Source: Candidatus Spongiisociaceae bacterium
GTDB lineage: Bacteria; Actinomycetota; Acidimicrobiia; Spongiisociales; Spongiisociaceae
Length of the DNA: 64,000 nt
Direction of reading: 5' to 3'
NCBI GenBank assembly: GCA_965219685.1
Contig: CBDCOH010000002.1
Location: forward strand, 3,008,001-3,072,000
Shown here in pieces: positions 1 to 10,086 of this stretch; the stretch's first letter is position 1, and every line of letters begins with the position of its first letter. The notes under the pieces are model-generated. The model worked only from the letters and a program-made list of their open reading frames with translations, was not told where the DNA came from and searched no databases. Both the position numbers and the translations under genes were made by a program.

Positions 1-3000
1 TCGATGACGAACAGCCCAGAGTCCTTGGCCTTGCCCTTCAACGTGTATGACAACGCCACCCCGTTATAAGGAGTCCCCGTCACCGGAGTCCCCACCGCCG
101 TGCCGGCCGGTGACCCGTCCAGGACGTCCCGGCTCGTCTTCGCAGTGACAGTTATCGACGCAGTACGGGTGACCTGCCCCCCATAAGCATCACCAGCCAC
201 ATAAGACACCTCCGACGCGCCCTGATTCAACAAGTTCGCCGTCAACACAGCCGACCCCGCCGTGCCGGAGAGGGTCACCCCCACCAGAGCGGGGCGCTCC
301 GCCGACGCCGAATACGTCAACGCATCACCCTCGGGATCCGAGAAGAACGCTCCCGACCCCGTCTCAGACCACGTGAACGACCCGCCCGTCCCCAACGTGC
401 CACCAAGAAAGGACACACTCGAAGCCACAGGAGGCCGATTCGCCATCCCTTCACCAACATCCGACCACGGGCCGGCCCGCACACCGGTGATAACAGGACC
501 CGCCCGCTCGTCGTCGATGATCGTGATGATCGCCCTACCGACGGTCGCTCCCGTGGCCGTCCCCGTGACGATGATCGACTCGCTCCCCTCCGCCAGCGCG
601 TCGTCCATGCCGGTGAACGTCAGGGTCGCCGACCCGCTGGTGTTGCCGTCCGCGATCGTTATGTCAGGCAAAGTCGACACGGAATAGTCGATGGTGGACG
701 TGGCCGTCCCACCCGACAGCGCCAGATCAACGGTCACAGCCCCCGAACTGCCCTGGCGGGTCGCAGTGACAGTGATCCCCTCCGATGTGGCGCTCTCGGC
801 AAAGGAGGCCGGGTTCACACTCAGGGAAATGTCCGGGGTGACGGCCGTCCGGCCCCTTGCCCGTACCTGCACTTCGTAGGTGGCCCCCGCCTCCAAGCCG
901 GGCAGGTTCAAACTGGTAGCCGTAGCCGACAACGCACCCGTGTAATCCGTCCACCCAGCCGCATTCTCACCCTGAGCCGCCTTCTTCCGATACTGCGCCT
1001 CATAACCGGTGATGACCAGACCATTGTCATCCGCGGCCGTCCACGCGGCGTCCAGAGCAGGATCCGACGGCTCAGAGAACTCGGTACGCGTCAACGTCGG
1101 AGCGCCGGGCTTACCGAACTTACGCTCCTGCACACGGATAAGAACGTTGATGACCGAGTCGTGGCCATCCACCGTGTAATGAACCTCACCACGGTAGAAC
1201 TTGGCGAACACCTCACCGTTGTACGTCTCGATCTCCCGATGGGTGTCGTCGGTGTCATAGTCCAACACGGCGCCCTCGGCCACGCTGATCTGCCCAGACG
1301 CCGAATCGATGACGAACAACCCCGAGTCCTTGGCCTTGCCCTTCAACACATACGACAACGCCACCCCGTTGTAAGGAGTCCCCGTCACCGGAGCTCCCAC
1401 CGCGGTGCCCGCCGGCGACCCCTCCAAGATGTCACGAACCGTCTTAGCGGTGACAGTGATAGACGCGGTGCGGGTGACCTGCCCCCCGTAGCCATCACTC
1501 GCCGTATACGACACCTTCGACGCGCCCTGGTTCAACAAGTCCGCGGTCAGCACAGAAGACCCCGCCGCACCGGACAGACTCACCCCCACCAGAGCAGCAT
1601 GCTCCGCAGACGCCGAATACGTCAACGCATCACCATCCGCATCCGAGAAAAACGCCCCCGACCCCAATGGCGCCTGCTCATGCCAAGCAAACGACCCGCC
1701 CATCCCCGCGGTACCCCCACCGAAAAACACACCAGACGCGACTGGCGGCCTATTCGCCGTCCCCTCACCGGTATCTGACCACGGGCCGGTCCTCACACCG
1801 GTGATCACAGGACCCACCCGCTCGTCGTCGATGATCGTGACAATCGCGTCACCCACGGTCGCTCCCGTGGCCGTCCCGGACACGATGATGGACTCGCTCC
1901 CCTCCACATCCGTGTCATCCGAGATGGTGAACGTCAGGTTCGCCGTTCCGCTAGTGCTGCCATCCGCGATCGTTATGTCAGGCAACGTTTGCGCCGTGTA
2001 GTCGGTGCCGTCCGTGGCCGTCCCATCCGACAGTGCCAGGTCAACGGTCACAGCCCCCGACGTGCCCTGGCGGGTCGCAGTAACGGTGACACTGCCAGCA
2101 GTGGTGGGCTCGGCCAAGGAAACCGGGTTGACACTCAGCGTGATATCCGGGGTGCCGCTAGTTCTCCCCACCGCCCGCACCTGCGCCTCATAGGTCGCGC
2201 CCCCCTCCAAACCCGGCAGGTTCAAACTGGAAGCCGTGGCCGACAACGCCCTCGTGTAATCCGTCCACGCAGCCGCACTCTCACCCTGCGCCGCTTTCTT
2301 CCGGTATCGCGCCTCGTAACCGGTGATAACCAGACCATTGTCATCCGCAGCCGTCCAGGTTGCGTCCAGAGCCGGATCCGTCGGCTCGCTGAACTCGGTA
2401 CGGCTCAACGTCGGAGCGTCTGGCTTACCGAACTTCCGCTCCTTCACCTTGATGAGAACGTTGATGACTGAGTCGTGGCCGTCCACCGTGTAGTGAACCT
2501 CTCCCCGGTAGAACTTGGCAATCACCTGACCGTTGTACGTTTCCGTCTCCCGGTAGTCGCCGTCTTCCGCGTGGTAGTCCAACACGGCGCCCTCAGCCAC
2601 GCTGATCTGCCCAGAAGCCGCATCGATAACGAACAGTCCCGAGTCCTTCGCCTTCCCCTTCAACACGTACGACAACGCGACCCCGTTGTAAGGAGTCCCC
2701 GTCACCGGAGCCCCCACCGCGGTGCCCGCCGGCGACCCCTCGAGGATCTCCCGGCTCGTCTTCCCGGTAACTGTCAGAGACGCCGTGCGGGTGACCTGCC
2801 CCCCATAGGCATCACTCGCCACATATGACACCTTCGATGCGCCCTGGTTCAACAAAGACGCCGTCAGCACAGCAGACCCCGCAGCACCCGACAAACTCAC
2901 CCCCACCAGAGCAGCATGCTCAGCAGACGCCGAATACGTCAACGCGTCATCATCCGGATCCGAGAAAAACGCCCCCGCCCCCAAAGGCGCCGCCTCATGC

Positions 3001-6000
3001 CAAGCAAACGACCCGCCCATCCCCAACGTCCCACCAAGAAAATCCACACCAGAAGCGACAGGCGGACTATTCGCGGTCCCCTCCCCAACATCCGACCACG
3101 GACCGGTCCTCACACCGGTGATAACCGGACCCGCCCGCTCGTCGTCGATGATCGTGATGATCGCGTCACCCACGGTCGCTCCCGTGGCCGTCCCGGACAC
3201 GATGATCGACTCGCTCCCCTCCACATCCGTGTCGTCCGAGATGGTGAACGTCAGGGTCGCCGACCCGCTGGTGCTGCCGTCCGCGATCGTTATGTCAGGC
3301 AACGCTTGCACCGTGTAGTCGGTGCCGGAAGTGGCCGTCCCACCCGACAGCGCCAGGTCAACGGTCACATCCCCAGACGTGCCCTGCCGGGTCGCAGTAA
3401 CAGTGACACTGCCAGAAGCCGTGGGCTCGGCCAAGGAGACCGGGTTCACACTCAGGGTGATGTCGGGGGTGCCGCTCTTTCGGCCCACCGCCCGCACCTG
3501 AACCTCATAGGTCGCCCCCGCATCCAAACCCGGCAGGTTCAAACTCGAAGCCGTTGCCGACAGCGCCCCGGTGAAGTCCGTCCACTCGGCCGGGGTCTCA
3601 CCCTGCGCCGCCTTCTTCCGATACTGCGCCTCATAGCCGGTGATAGTCAGACCGTTGTCATCAGCCGCCGTCCAGGACACATCCAAAGCCGGATCCGACG
3701 GCTCGGAGAACTCGGTACGGCTCAACGACGGAGCACCGGGCTTACCGAACTTCCGCTCGTTCACGAGGATGAGAACGTTGATCACCGAGTCGTGGCCGTC
3801 CACCGTGTAATGAACCTCACCCCGGTAGAACTTGGAGAACACCTCACCTCTCCACATCTCGATCTCCCGATGGGTGTCGTCGGTGTAATAATCCAACACG
3901 GCGCCTTCTGCCACGCTGATCTGCCCCGTTCCCGAATCGATAACGAACAGCCCAGAGTCCTTGGCCTTCCCCTTCAACGTATAGGACAGCGCCACATTGT
4001 TGTAAGGAGTGCCCGTCACCGGATCCCCCACTGCCGTTCCCGCCGGTGACCCCTCCAGGATGTCACGGCTCGTCTTCGCGGTTACCGTCAGAGACGCACT
4101 ACGGGTGACCTGCCCCCCGTAGGCATCACTAGCCACATATGAGACCTTCGACGCGCCCTGGTTCAACAGATTCGCCGTCAGCACAGAAGACCCCGCAGCG
4201 CCGGAGAGACTCACCCCCACCAGAGCAGCATGTTCCGCAGACGCCGAATACGTCAACGTGTCCTCGTCAGGATCCGAGAAAAACGGCCCCGTCCCCAAAG
4301 GCGCCTGCTCATGCCAAGCAAACTTCCCGCCCATCCCCAACGTGCCACCGAGAAAGGACACACCCGAAGCAACAGGAGGCCTGTTAGCCATACCCTGGCC
4401 GGTATCCGACCACGGGCCCGTCTTCACCCCGGTGATAACAGGACCCGGCTGCTCGTCGTCGAGGATGGTGATGATCGCGTTACCGACCGTCGCGCCCGTG
4501 TCGGCCGTCCCCGAGAGGATGATCGACTCGCTCCCCTCCACCAACTCGTCGTTCCAGATGGTGAAAGTCAGGTCCGCCGTTCCGCTGGTGCTGCCGTCCG
4601 GGATCGTTATGTCAGGCAAGGTCAACGCCGTAGAGTCGGTGCCGTCCGTGGCAGTGCCACCCGGTACCGCGAGGTCAACGGTCACAGCCCCCGACGTGCC
4701 CTGGCGGGTCGCAGTCACGGTGACACTGCCAGAAGTGGTGGGCTCGGCCAAGGAGACCGGGTTCACACTCAGGGTGATGTCGGGGGTGCTGCTCTTCCGG
4801 GCCCTCGCCCGCACCTGAACCTCATAGGTGGCGCCCGCATCCAAGCCCGGCAGGTTCAAACTCGAAGCCGTTGCCGACAGCGCCCCCGTGTATGCCGTCC
4901 ACTCGGCCGGGGTCTCACCCTGCGCCGCCTTCTTCCGGTACTGCGCCTCATAACCTGTGATGACCAGACCATTGTCATCGGCAGCCGTCCAGGTTGCGTC
5001 CAGAGCCGGATCCGTGGGTTCGCTGAACTCGGTTCGGCTCAACGACGGAGCGCCGGGCTTACCAGGCTTACGCTCGTTCACGCGGATCAGAACGTTGATG
5101 ACCGAGTCGTGGCTGTCCACCGTGTAATGAACCTCGCCCCGGTAGAACTTGGCGATCACCTGGCCGTTGTGTGTCTCGGTCTCCCGGTAGTCGCCGTCTG
5201 CGGCGTCGTAGTCGAGCACCGCGCCTTCTGCCACGCTGATCTGCCCGGTTCCCGAATCGATAACGAACAGGCCAGAATCCTTGGCCTTGCCCTCCAAGGT
5301 ATAGGACAACGCGACCCCGTTGTAAGGAGTGCCCGCCACCGGAGCCCCCACCGCGGTGCCCGCCGGCGACCCCTCCAAGATGTCACGGCTCGTCTTAGCG
5401 GTGACAGTCAGAGACGCCTCACGCGTGACTTCACCCCCATAGGGATCACTCGCCGTATAGAAGACCTTCGACGCGCCCTGGTTCAACAGATTCGCCGTCA
5501 GCACAGAAGACCCCGCAGCACCCGAGAGACTCACCCCCACCAGAGCAGCATGCTCCGCAGACGCCGAATACGTCAACGCGTCACCCTCGGGATCCGAGAA
5601 AAACGGCCCACTCCCGAGAGGCGCCTGCTCGTGCCAAGCAAACTTCCCGCCCATCCCCAACGTGCCACCAAGAAAGGACACACCCGAAGCAACAGGAGGC
5701 CTGTTAGCCATACCCTCGCCGGTATCCGACCACGGGCCCGTCTTCACCCCGGTGATAACAGGACCCGGCTGCTCGTCGTCGATGATCGTGATGATGGCGT
5801 TACCCACCGACGCCCCCGTGTCGGCCGTCCCCGAGACGATGATCGACTCGCTCCCCTCCACATCCGTGTCGCGCACGGCGGTGAACGTCAGGTCCGCCGA
5901 CCCGCTGGTGCTGCCATCCGCGATCGTTATGTCAGGCAAGGTCCAAACCGAATAGTCGGTGCCGGACGTGGCCGTCCCGTCCAGGAGTGCCAGATCCACG

Positions 6001-8438
6001 GTCACCGCCCCTGAACTGCCCTGCCGGGTCGCAGTCACGGTGATCTGGTCAGAAAGGGCGTTCTCGCCGAAAGAGGCCGGGTTCACACTCAGCGTGATAT
6101 CGGGGGCGCCGCTCTTGCGGCCCACCGCCCGCACCTCAACCTCATAGGTCGCCCCCGCCTCCAAACCCGGCAGGTTCAAACTCGAAGCCGTTGCCGACAA
6201 CGCCCCGGTGTAATCCGTCCACGCGGCCGCCTTCTTCCGGTACCGCGCCTCATAACCGGTGATGACCAGACCATTGTCATCAGCAGCTGACCAGGACACA
6301 TCCAGAGCCGGATCGGTCGGCTCAGAGAACTCGGTACGGCTCAACGTAGGAGTACCGGGCTTACCAAACTCCCGCTCCTGCACACGGATGATGACGTTGA
6401 TGACCGAGGCGTGGCCATCCACCGTGTAATGAACCTCGCCCCGGTAGAACTTGGCGATCACCTGACCGTTCCACGTCTCCGTCTCCCGGTAGTCACCGTC
6501 TGCAGCGTCGTAGTCGAACACGGCGCCCTCAGCCACACTGATCTGCCCAGACGCCGAATCGATAACGAACAGCCCAGAATCCTTGGCCTTGCCCTCCAAC
6601 GTGTAGGCCAAGGCCACGTTGTTGTAAGGAGTGCCCGTCACCGGAGCCCCCACCGCGGTGCCCGCCGGCGACCCCTCCAAAATGTCCCGGCCCGTCTTCG
6701 CGGTAACCGTCAGAGACGCCTCACGCGTGACTTCACCCCCATAGGGATCACTCGCCGTATAGAAGACCTTCGACGCGCCCTGATTCAACAGATTCGCCGT
6801 CAACACAGAAGACCCCGCAGCACCCGAGAGACTCACCCCCACCAGAGCAGCATGCTCCGCAGACGCCGAATACGTCAACGCGTCACCCTCGGGATCCGAG
6901 AAAAACGGCCCACTCCCGAGAGGCGCCTGCTCGTGCCAAGCAAACTTCCCGCCCATCCCCAACGTGCCACCAAGAAAGGACACACCCGAAGCAACAGGAG
7001 GCCTGTTAGCCATACCCTCGCCGGTATCCGACCACGGACCATCGCCCTCGTCGGCAACCACGCGTACCTGCACCTCGTAGGTCGCCCCCGCCTCCAGGTC
7101 GGGCAGGTTCAAACTGGTGGCTGTGGCAGACAGCGACCCCGTATAAGCCGTCCACTCAGCCGGATCCTCACCCTCCGCCGCCTTCTTCCGGTACTGCGCC
7201 TCATGCCCGGTGATTGTCACGCCTTCGGTGTCGACGGCCGTCCAAGACACGTCCAGGGCTGGGTCCGTCGGCTCGTCAAAGGTGGTGCGTTCAACGCGAA
7301 GGCCGTCGGGTGTCGGGATGGTCGTTTGCGCAGCCGTCCCCAAAATGGCAATAGTGAATGAAACGCCGACCTGGGTTCCGTCAGAGTCTGTGGCGGTGTA
7401 AGTCATGGCGTGGTCGCCGGCCTCGGCCGGAGTGCCCGTAAGCGAGCGGCCGGCCGAGTCGAAGGACAGTCCCTCGGGAAGGGTCGGCGCCAGGCCGTAT
7501 GTGAAGCCGCCGGCGCCGCCCGCAGCCTCGGGCAGCGTTACCGTGCCGATGTCCTCATCCTGGGTGAAGGTGTATCGGCTGGCAGCTGCCGGGAAGTAGG
7601 GCGGAACCTCCACCTCGGGCGCCGGCTCCACTGCAAACCGCAGAGAGGCGGGAGACCCGCAACCGGCGTCGTTGCACGCCTCTACCCGCACCACCCACAT
7701 GCCGTCGCCATCCACGGTGATCTCCGCACCGGAGGACTGCACTTCCACACCGTCGTTCAACTTGTTGCCGGAGCCGGCCACTCGCCAACGCACCCGGTAA
7801 GAGCTCGCACCCTCGACGTCGTCCCAGTCCACCGACACGTCCAGCGAGCCGACAGCAGTACCAACCGTCAACCCCGCAGGCTTAGCGGGGGGTTCCGGAG
7901 CCGTTGCCGGCTCGGGCTCCGACCGTGGCGCCGGGGAAGGCTCAGGCACCGGTTCTGGCGTCGGCTCAGGCGCCGGAGTTGGTGTTGGCTCAGGCGCCGG
8001 TTCCACCGCAAACCGCAGAGCGGCGGGAGACCCGCAGCCGGCGTCGTTGCAGGCCTGTACACGCGCCACCCACTCGCCGTAGTCGGCCACGGTGATCTCC
8101 GCGTCGGAAGACTGCGTCTCCACACCCTCGTTCAACGAGTTACCAGGGCCGGCCACCCGCCAGCGCACCAGGTAAGAGCTTGCACCCTCGACGTCGTCCC
8201 AGTCCACCGACACGTCCAGCGAGCCGACAGCAGTACCAACCGTCAACCCCGCAGGCTTAGCGGGGGGTTCCGGAGCGGTTGCCAGCTCGGCCGGAGGCTC
8301 CACACCGCCGTCCGCGCCCTTCGGACCGTCCCCTGCCGACGTCACGGGCAGGGCCGGCACCGGCATGGTCGCGATGAGGACCAAGGCAAGGCACACCGCA
8401 AGGAGACGATTGGGGCCGCGGAGTCTGGAGAGTTTCAT
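1..8438 (-). CDS. Giant secreted repetitive surface protein/adhesin (FN3, cadherin-like, Ig-like and Calx-beta-like repeats); runs off the left edge
   Basis: ATG at 8438 (MKLSRLRGPNRLLAVCLALVLIATMPVPALP, signal-like). The same frame reads SGLFVID at positions 1-20. ~1.32 kb tandem units contain W...GYEAQYRKK...YEVQVRA (FN3), LFVID..SGQISV...LDY (cadherin), FSDPEGDALTYSAS (Ig/cadherin-like) and GTAT.G.DY...EG.E.I (Calx-beta). Absent from the ORF track, presumably because no stop lies in the window. Confidence 0.9.
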   Translation of the reverse strand, partial: MKLSRLRGPNRLLAVCLALVLIATMPVPALPVTSAGDGPKGADGGVEPPAELATAPEPPAKPAGLTVGTAVGSLDVSVDWDDVEGASSYLVRWRVAGPGNSLNEGVETQSSDAEITVADYGEWVARVQACNDAGCGSPAALRFAVEPAPEPTPTPAPEPTPEPVPEPSPAPRSEPEPATAPEPPAKPAGLTVGTAVGSLDVSVDWDDVEGASSYRVRWRVAGSGNKLNDGVEVQSSGAEITVDGDGMWVVRVEACNDAGCGSPASLRFAVEPAPEVEVPPYFPAAASRYTFTQDEDIGTVTLPEAAGGAGGFTYGLAPTLPEGLSFDSAGRSLTGTPAEAGDHAMTYTATDSDGTQVGVSFTIAILGTAAQTTIPTPDGLRVERTTFDEPTDPALDVSWTAVDTEGVTITGHEAQYRKKAAEGEDPAEWTAYTGSLSATATSLNLPDLEAGATYEVQVRVVADEGDGPWSDTGEGMANRPPVASGVSFLGGTLGMGGKFAWHEQAPLGSGPFFSDPEGDALTYSASAEHAALVGVSLSGAAGSSVLTANLLNQGASKVFYTASDPYGGEVTREASLTVTAKTGRDILEGSPAGTAVGAPVTGTPYNNVALAYTLEGKAKDSGLFVIDSASGQISVAEGAVFDYDAADGDYRETETWNGQVIAKFYRGEVHYTVDGHASVINVIIRVQEREFGKPGTPTLSRTEFSEPTDPALDVSWSAADDNGLVITGYEARYRKKAAAWTDYTGALSATASSLNLPGLEAGATYEVEVRAVGRKSGAPDITLSVNPASFGENALSDQITVTATRQGSSGAVTVDLALLDGTATSGTDYSVWTLPDITIADGSTSGSADLTFTAVRDTDVEGSESIIVSGTADTGASVGNAIITIIDDEQPGPVITGVKTGPWSDTGEGMANRPPVASGVSFLGGTLGMGGKFAWHEQAPLGSGPFFSDPEGDALTYSASAEHAALVGVSLSGAAGSSVLTANLLNQGASKVFYTASDPYGGEVTREASLTVTAKTSRDILEGSPAGTAVGAPVAGTPYNGVALSYTLEGKAKDSGLFVIDSGTGQISVAEGAVLDYDAADGDYRETETHNGQVIAKFYRGEVHYTVDSHDSVINVLIRVNERKPGKPGAPSLSRTEFSEPTDPALDATWTAADDNGLVITGYEAQYRKKAAQGETPAEWTAYTGALSATASSLNLPGLDAGATYEVQVRARARKSSTPDITLSVNPVSLAEPTTSGSVTVTATRQGTSGAVTVDLAVPGGTATDGTDSTALTLPDITIPDGSTSGTADLTFTIWNDELVEGSESIILSGTADTGATVGNAIITILDDEQPGPVITGVKTGPWSDTGQGMANRPPVASGVSFLGGTLGMGGKFAWHEQAPLGTGPFFSDPDEDTLTYSASAEHAALVGVSLSGAAGSSVLTANLLNQGASKVSYVASDAYGGQVTRSASLTVTAKTSRDILEGSPAGTAVGDPVTGTPYNNVALSYTLKGKAKDSGLFVIDSGTGQISVAEGAVLDYYTDDTHREIEMWRGEVFSKFYRGEVHYTVDGHDSVINVLILVNERKFGKPGAPSLSRTEFSEPSDPALDVSWTAADDNGLTITGYEAQYRKKAAQGETPAEWTDFTGALSATASSLNLPGLDAGATYEVQVRAVGRKSGTPDITLSVNPVSLAEPTASGSVTVTATRQGTSGDVTVDLALSGGTATSGTDYTVQALPDITIADGSTSGSATLTFTISDDTDVEGSESIIVSGTATGATVGDAIITIIDDERAGPVITGVRTGPWSDVGEGTANSPPVASGVDFLGGTLGMGGSFAWHEAAPLGAGAFFSDPDDDALTYSASAEHAALVGVSLSGAAGSAVLTASLLNQGASKVSYVASDAYGGQVTRTASLTVTGKTSREILEGSPAGTAVGAPVTGTPYNGVALSYVLKGKAKDSGLFVIDAASGQISVAEGAVLDYHAEDGDYRETETYNGQVIAKFYRGEVHYTVDGHDSVINVLIKVKERKFGKPDAPTLSRTEFSEPTDPALDATWTAADDNGLVITGYEARYRKKAAQGESAAAWTDYTRALSATASSLNLPGLEGGATYEAQVRAVGRTSGTPDITLSVNPVSLAEPTTAGSVTVTATRQGTSGAVTVDLALSDGTATDGTDYTAQTLPDITIADGSTSGTANLTFTISDDTDVEGSESIIVSGTATGATVGDAIVTIIDDERVGPVITGVRTGPWSDTGEGTANRPPVASGVFFGGGTAGMGGSFAWHEQAPLGSGAFFSDADGDALTYSASAEHAALVGVSLSGAAGSSVLTADLLNQGASKVSYTASDGYGGQVTRTASITVTAKTVRDILEGSPAGTAVGAPVTGTPYNGVALSYVLKGKAKDSGLFVIDSASGQISVAEGAVLDYDTDDTHREIETYNGEVFAKFYRGEVHYTVDGHDSVINVLIRVQERKFGKPGAPTLTRTEFSEPSDPALDAAWTAADDNGLVITGYEAQYRKKAAQGENAAGWTDYTGALSATATSLNLPGLEAGATYEVQVRARGRTAVTPDISLSVNPASFAESATSEGITVTATRQGSSGAVTVDLALSGGTATSTIDYSVSTLPDITIADGNTSGSATLTFTGMDDALAEGSESIIVTGTATGATVGRAIITIIDDERAGPVITGVRAGPWSDVGEGMANRPPVASSVSFLGGTLGTGGSFTWSETGSGAFFSDPEGDALTYSASAERPALVGVTLSGTAGSAVLTANLLNQGASEVSYVAGDAYGGQVTRTASITVTAKTSRDVLDGSPAGTAVGTPVTGTPYNGVALSYTLKGKAKDSGLFVI

Positions 8439-8715
8439 CGTCGGGGTGCCAGCCTAGAGTGAAAGTGAACAAAATGTAAAGTGCAAACGCAAAAGATATG
8501 GGGATAATTCTATGTACAACCCAAATACTGGGAGTCATTCTCTTTTCCAAGAGCAACGGCTGGGGAGCTTCCCCGCCTCTGTCTCACCAAGCCGCGTCGG
8601 ACAGGTGTTCGGGTGAGCAGGATGGGAACGGGGGTTCGGAGCTATAGCATTGGCCAGGGATGAGTGATACAGCGCCGGGCAGTGGCGTAGATTGCCGTTA
8701 CATCGTGTGTTCGAT

Positions 8716-8747
8716 GTTACTATCTACGATTAATAGTAGATAGTAAC
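8716..8747. promoter_or_regulatory. Near-perfect 32-bp AT-rich palindrome (putative operator or recombination site)
   Basis: GTTACTATCTAC-GATTAATA-GTAGATAGTAAC: 12-bp perfect arms around an 8-bp spacer. Confidence 0.45.
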
Positions 8748-9034
8748 CAGCTATAAGCCTATGTCAGTTGATAATAAAGGATAGAGTGTAGTTCCGTTCC
8801 AGGTCGCGGTGTCCAAGTTCCCCATCCGGCAAGGGGGCCTTCCTGGATGAGAAGACTGGGGGACGGCGGACCCGTTTACCAGAAGACACAGATGTAAACG
8901 ACTAGCCACAATGACCGTGCATTGTTGTGCACCCATAGCCATGTGATCGCCTGCGGTCGGATGGCTTAGCTGCTCATCTGGCTCTGGCTCATGACCCGAC
9001 GGTCTCTGCAACATCGAGGATGCAACGGAATGGC

Positions 9035-9083
9035 GGTGGGCCCGGAGGGAATCGAACCCTCGACCTTCGGATTAAAAGACCGC
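9035..9083 (-). tRNA. 3' fragment of tRNA-Lys(TTT); probable att-site remnant, not a full tRNA
   Basis: Minus strand CTTTTAA-TCCGAAGGTCGAGGGTTCGATTCCCTCCGGGCCCACC gives the anticodon loop, T-arm and acceptor 3' strand. The D-arm and 5' half are absent. Confidence 0.8.
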
Positions 9084-9469
9084 GTAAACGCCCAGGTAGG
9101 CACCTCATTCGTAGGATACGTCCCACCACTGATCCCACAGCACACACGATATGGCGTTCTTAGACCCTCCTAGGAGGTTATCAGGTAGGCAGTAGCCTTC
9201 GGAGAGAAGTCAGACCGAGGGAGGGCTGCCGGCGACCGAGTCTTGGTACTACCACGGGCTGCCCTATTCACGCGTACTCGCACATCGTCCGGCAAAGTCC
9301 CAGGCGACGCAGAAGCCGGAGCCGCCCTCTATCGCTCTGGTTTCGGAAGCGATGTGTGGGCGGGGTCCTTCGGACAGATCTGCTTGGCGGAACTCAAGCG
9401 ACCCCCGAGATTGCGCCCTGCTCGCCAAGCGGGATTCGGCTGGTAGCCACAAGAATACGGTCGCGGGGA

Positions 9470-9555
9470 CAGAGACCTTCGGCGACGCCGTAGCCGCCGC
9501 AGCCATGGTCGAGCACTTGGTTCACCAAGCCCACGCCATCGTCTTCAAAGGCAAA
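9470..9555 (+). pseudogene. istB: IS21 IstB helper ATPase C-terminal remnant
   Basis: ETFGDAVAAAAMVEHLVHQAHAIVFKG resembles the IstB C-terminal motif. Confidence 0.6.
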
Positions 9556-10086
9556 GGGGCCCATCGGACTCAGATGCTTCTATGTTCCAGTGGTCGCGAC
9601 TGGGGATTTTCAGTGATCGCCGTCACCGCATCACAGGCCTCGCCCCGTGTCCGCCCCGAGAGTGCTGCGTAACACAGCGGAGGAGGTGTCCGTAGCCGGA
9701 ACCCGCGAAAGCCCAGCTAGGCCCTGTGCTGACCACCGACAGAGTAGGTGAAGTCCCACTCCTAATATCACCTTGCGGGTGTGCGCACTCCGCTGCTGGC
9801 CTCCGGGAGCCTGGAGACCGCGCCCGGAGCGGAACGTTGGGGTGTTCAGGAGTTCAAGAGTCGAGGGTAGCCGCGTATCTTCACCGGCGAAGAGTCAGAG
9901 GAGAAGTCGTAGCGATCTTCTGAGGGACTGACGTTGGACGCCGGTCCGGTGAGCCTCGACTCGAGTTCCGTTGGGTTGCGATGGTCCATGACTCCTGGCA
10001 TTCCGGCTTCTCCTGAACGGGTTTCATCGACACGGGGTTGGGAGTTGGGCTACTGTGGCGGACGTGTTGCCGGTCAGGGAAGGCTG

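Noticed and set aside
262-8462. Many long plus-strand ORFs in the track (for example 4230-6014)
   Set aside because: Antisense shadows of the GC-rich minus-strand adhesin.
9660-9800. GTGCG start and structured-looking region, possible group II intron 5' end
   Set aside because: No domain V/VI or adjacent RT could be recognised.
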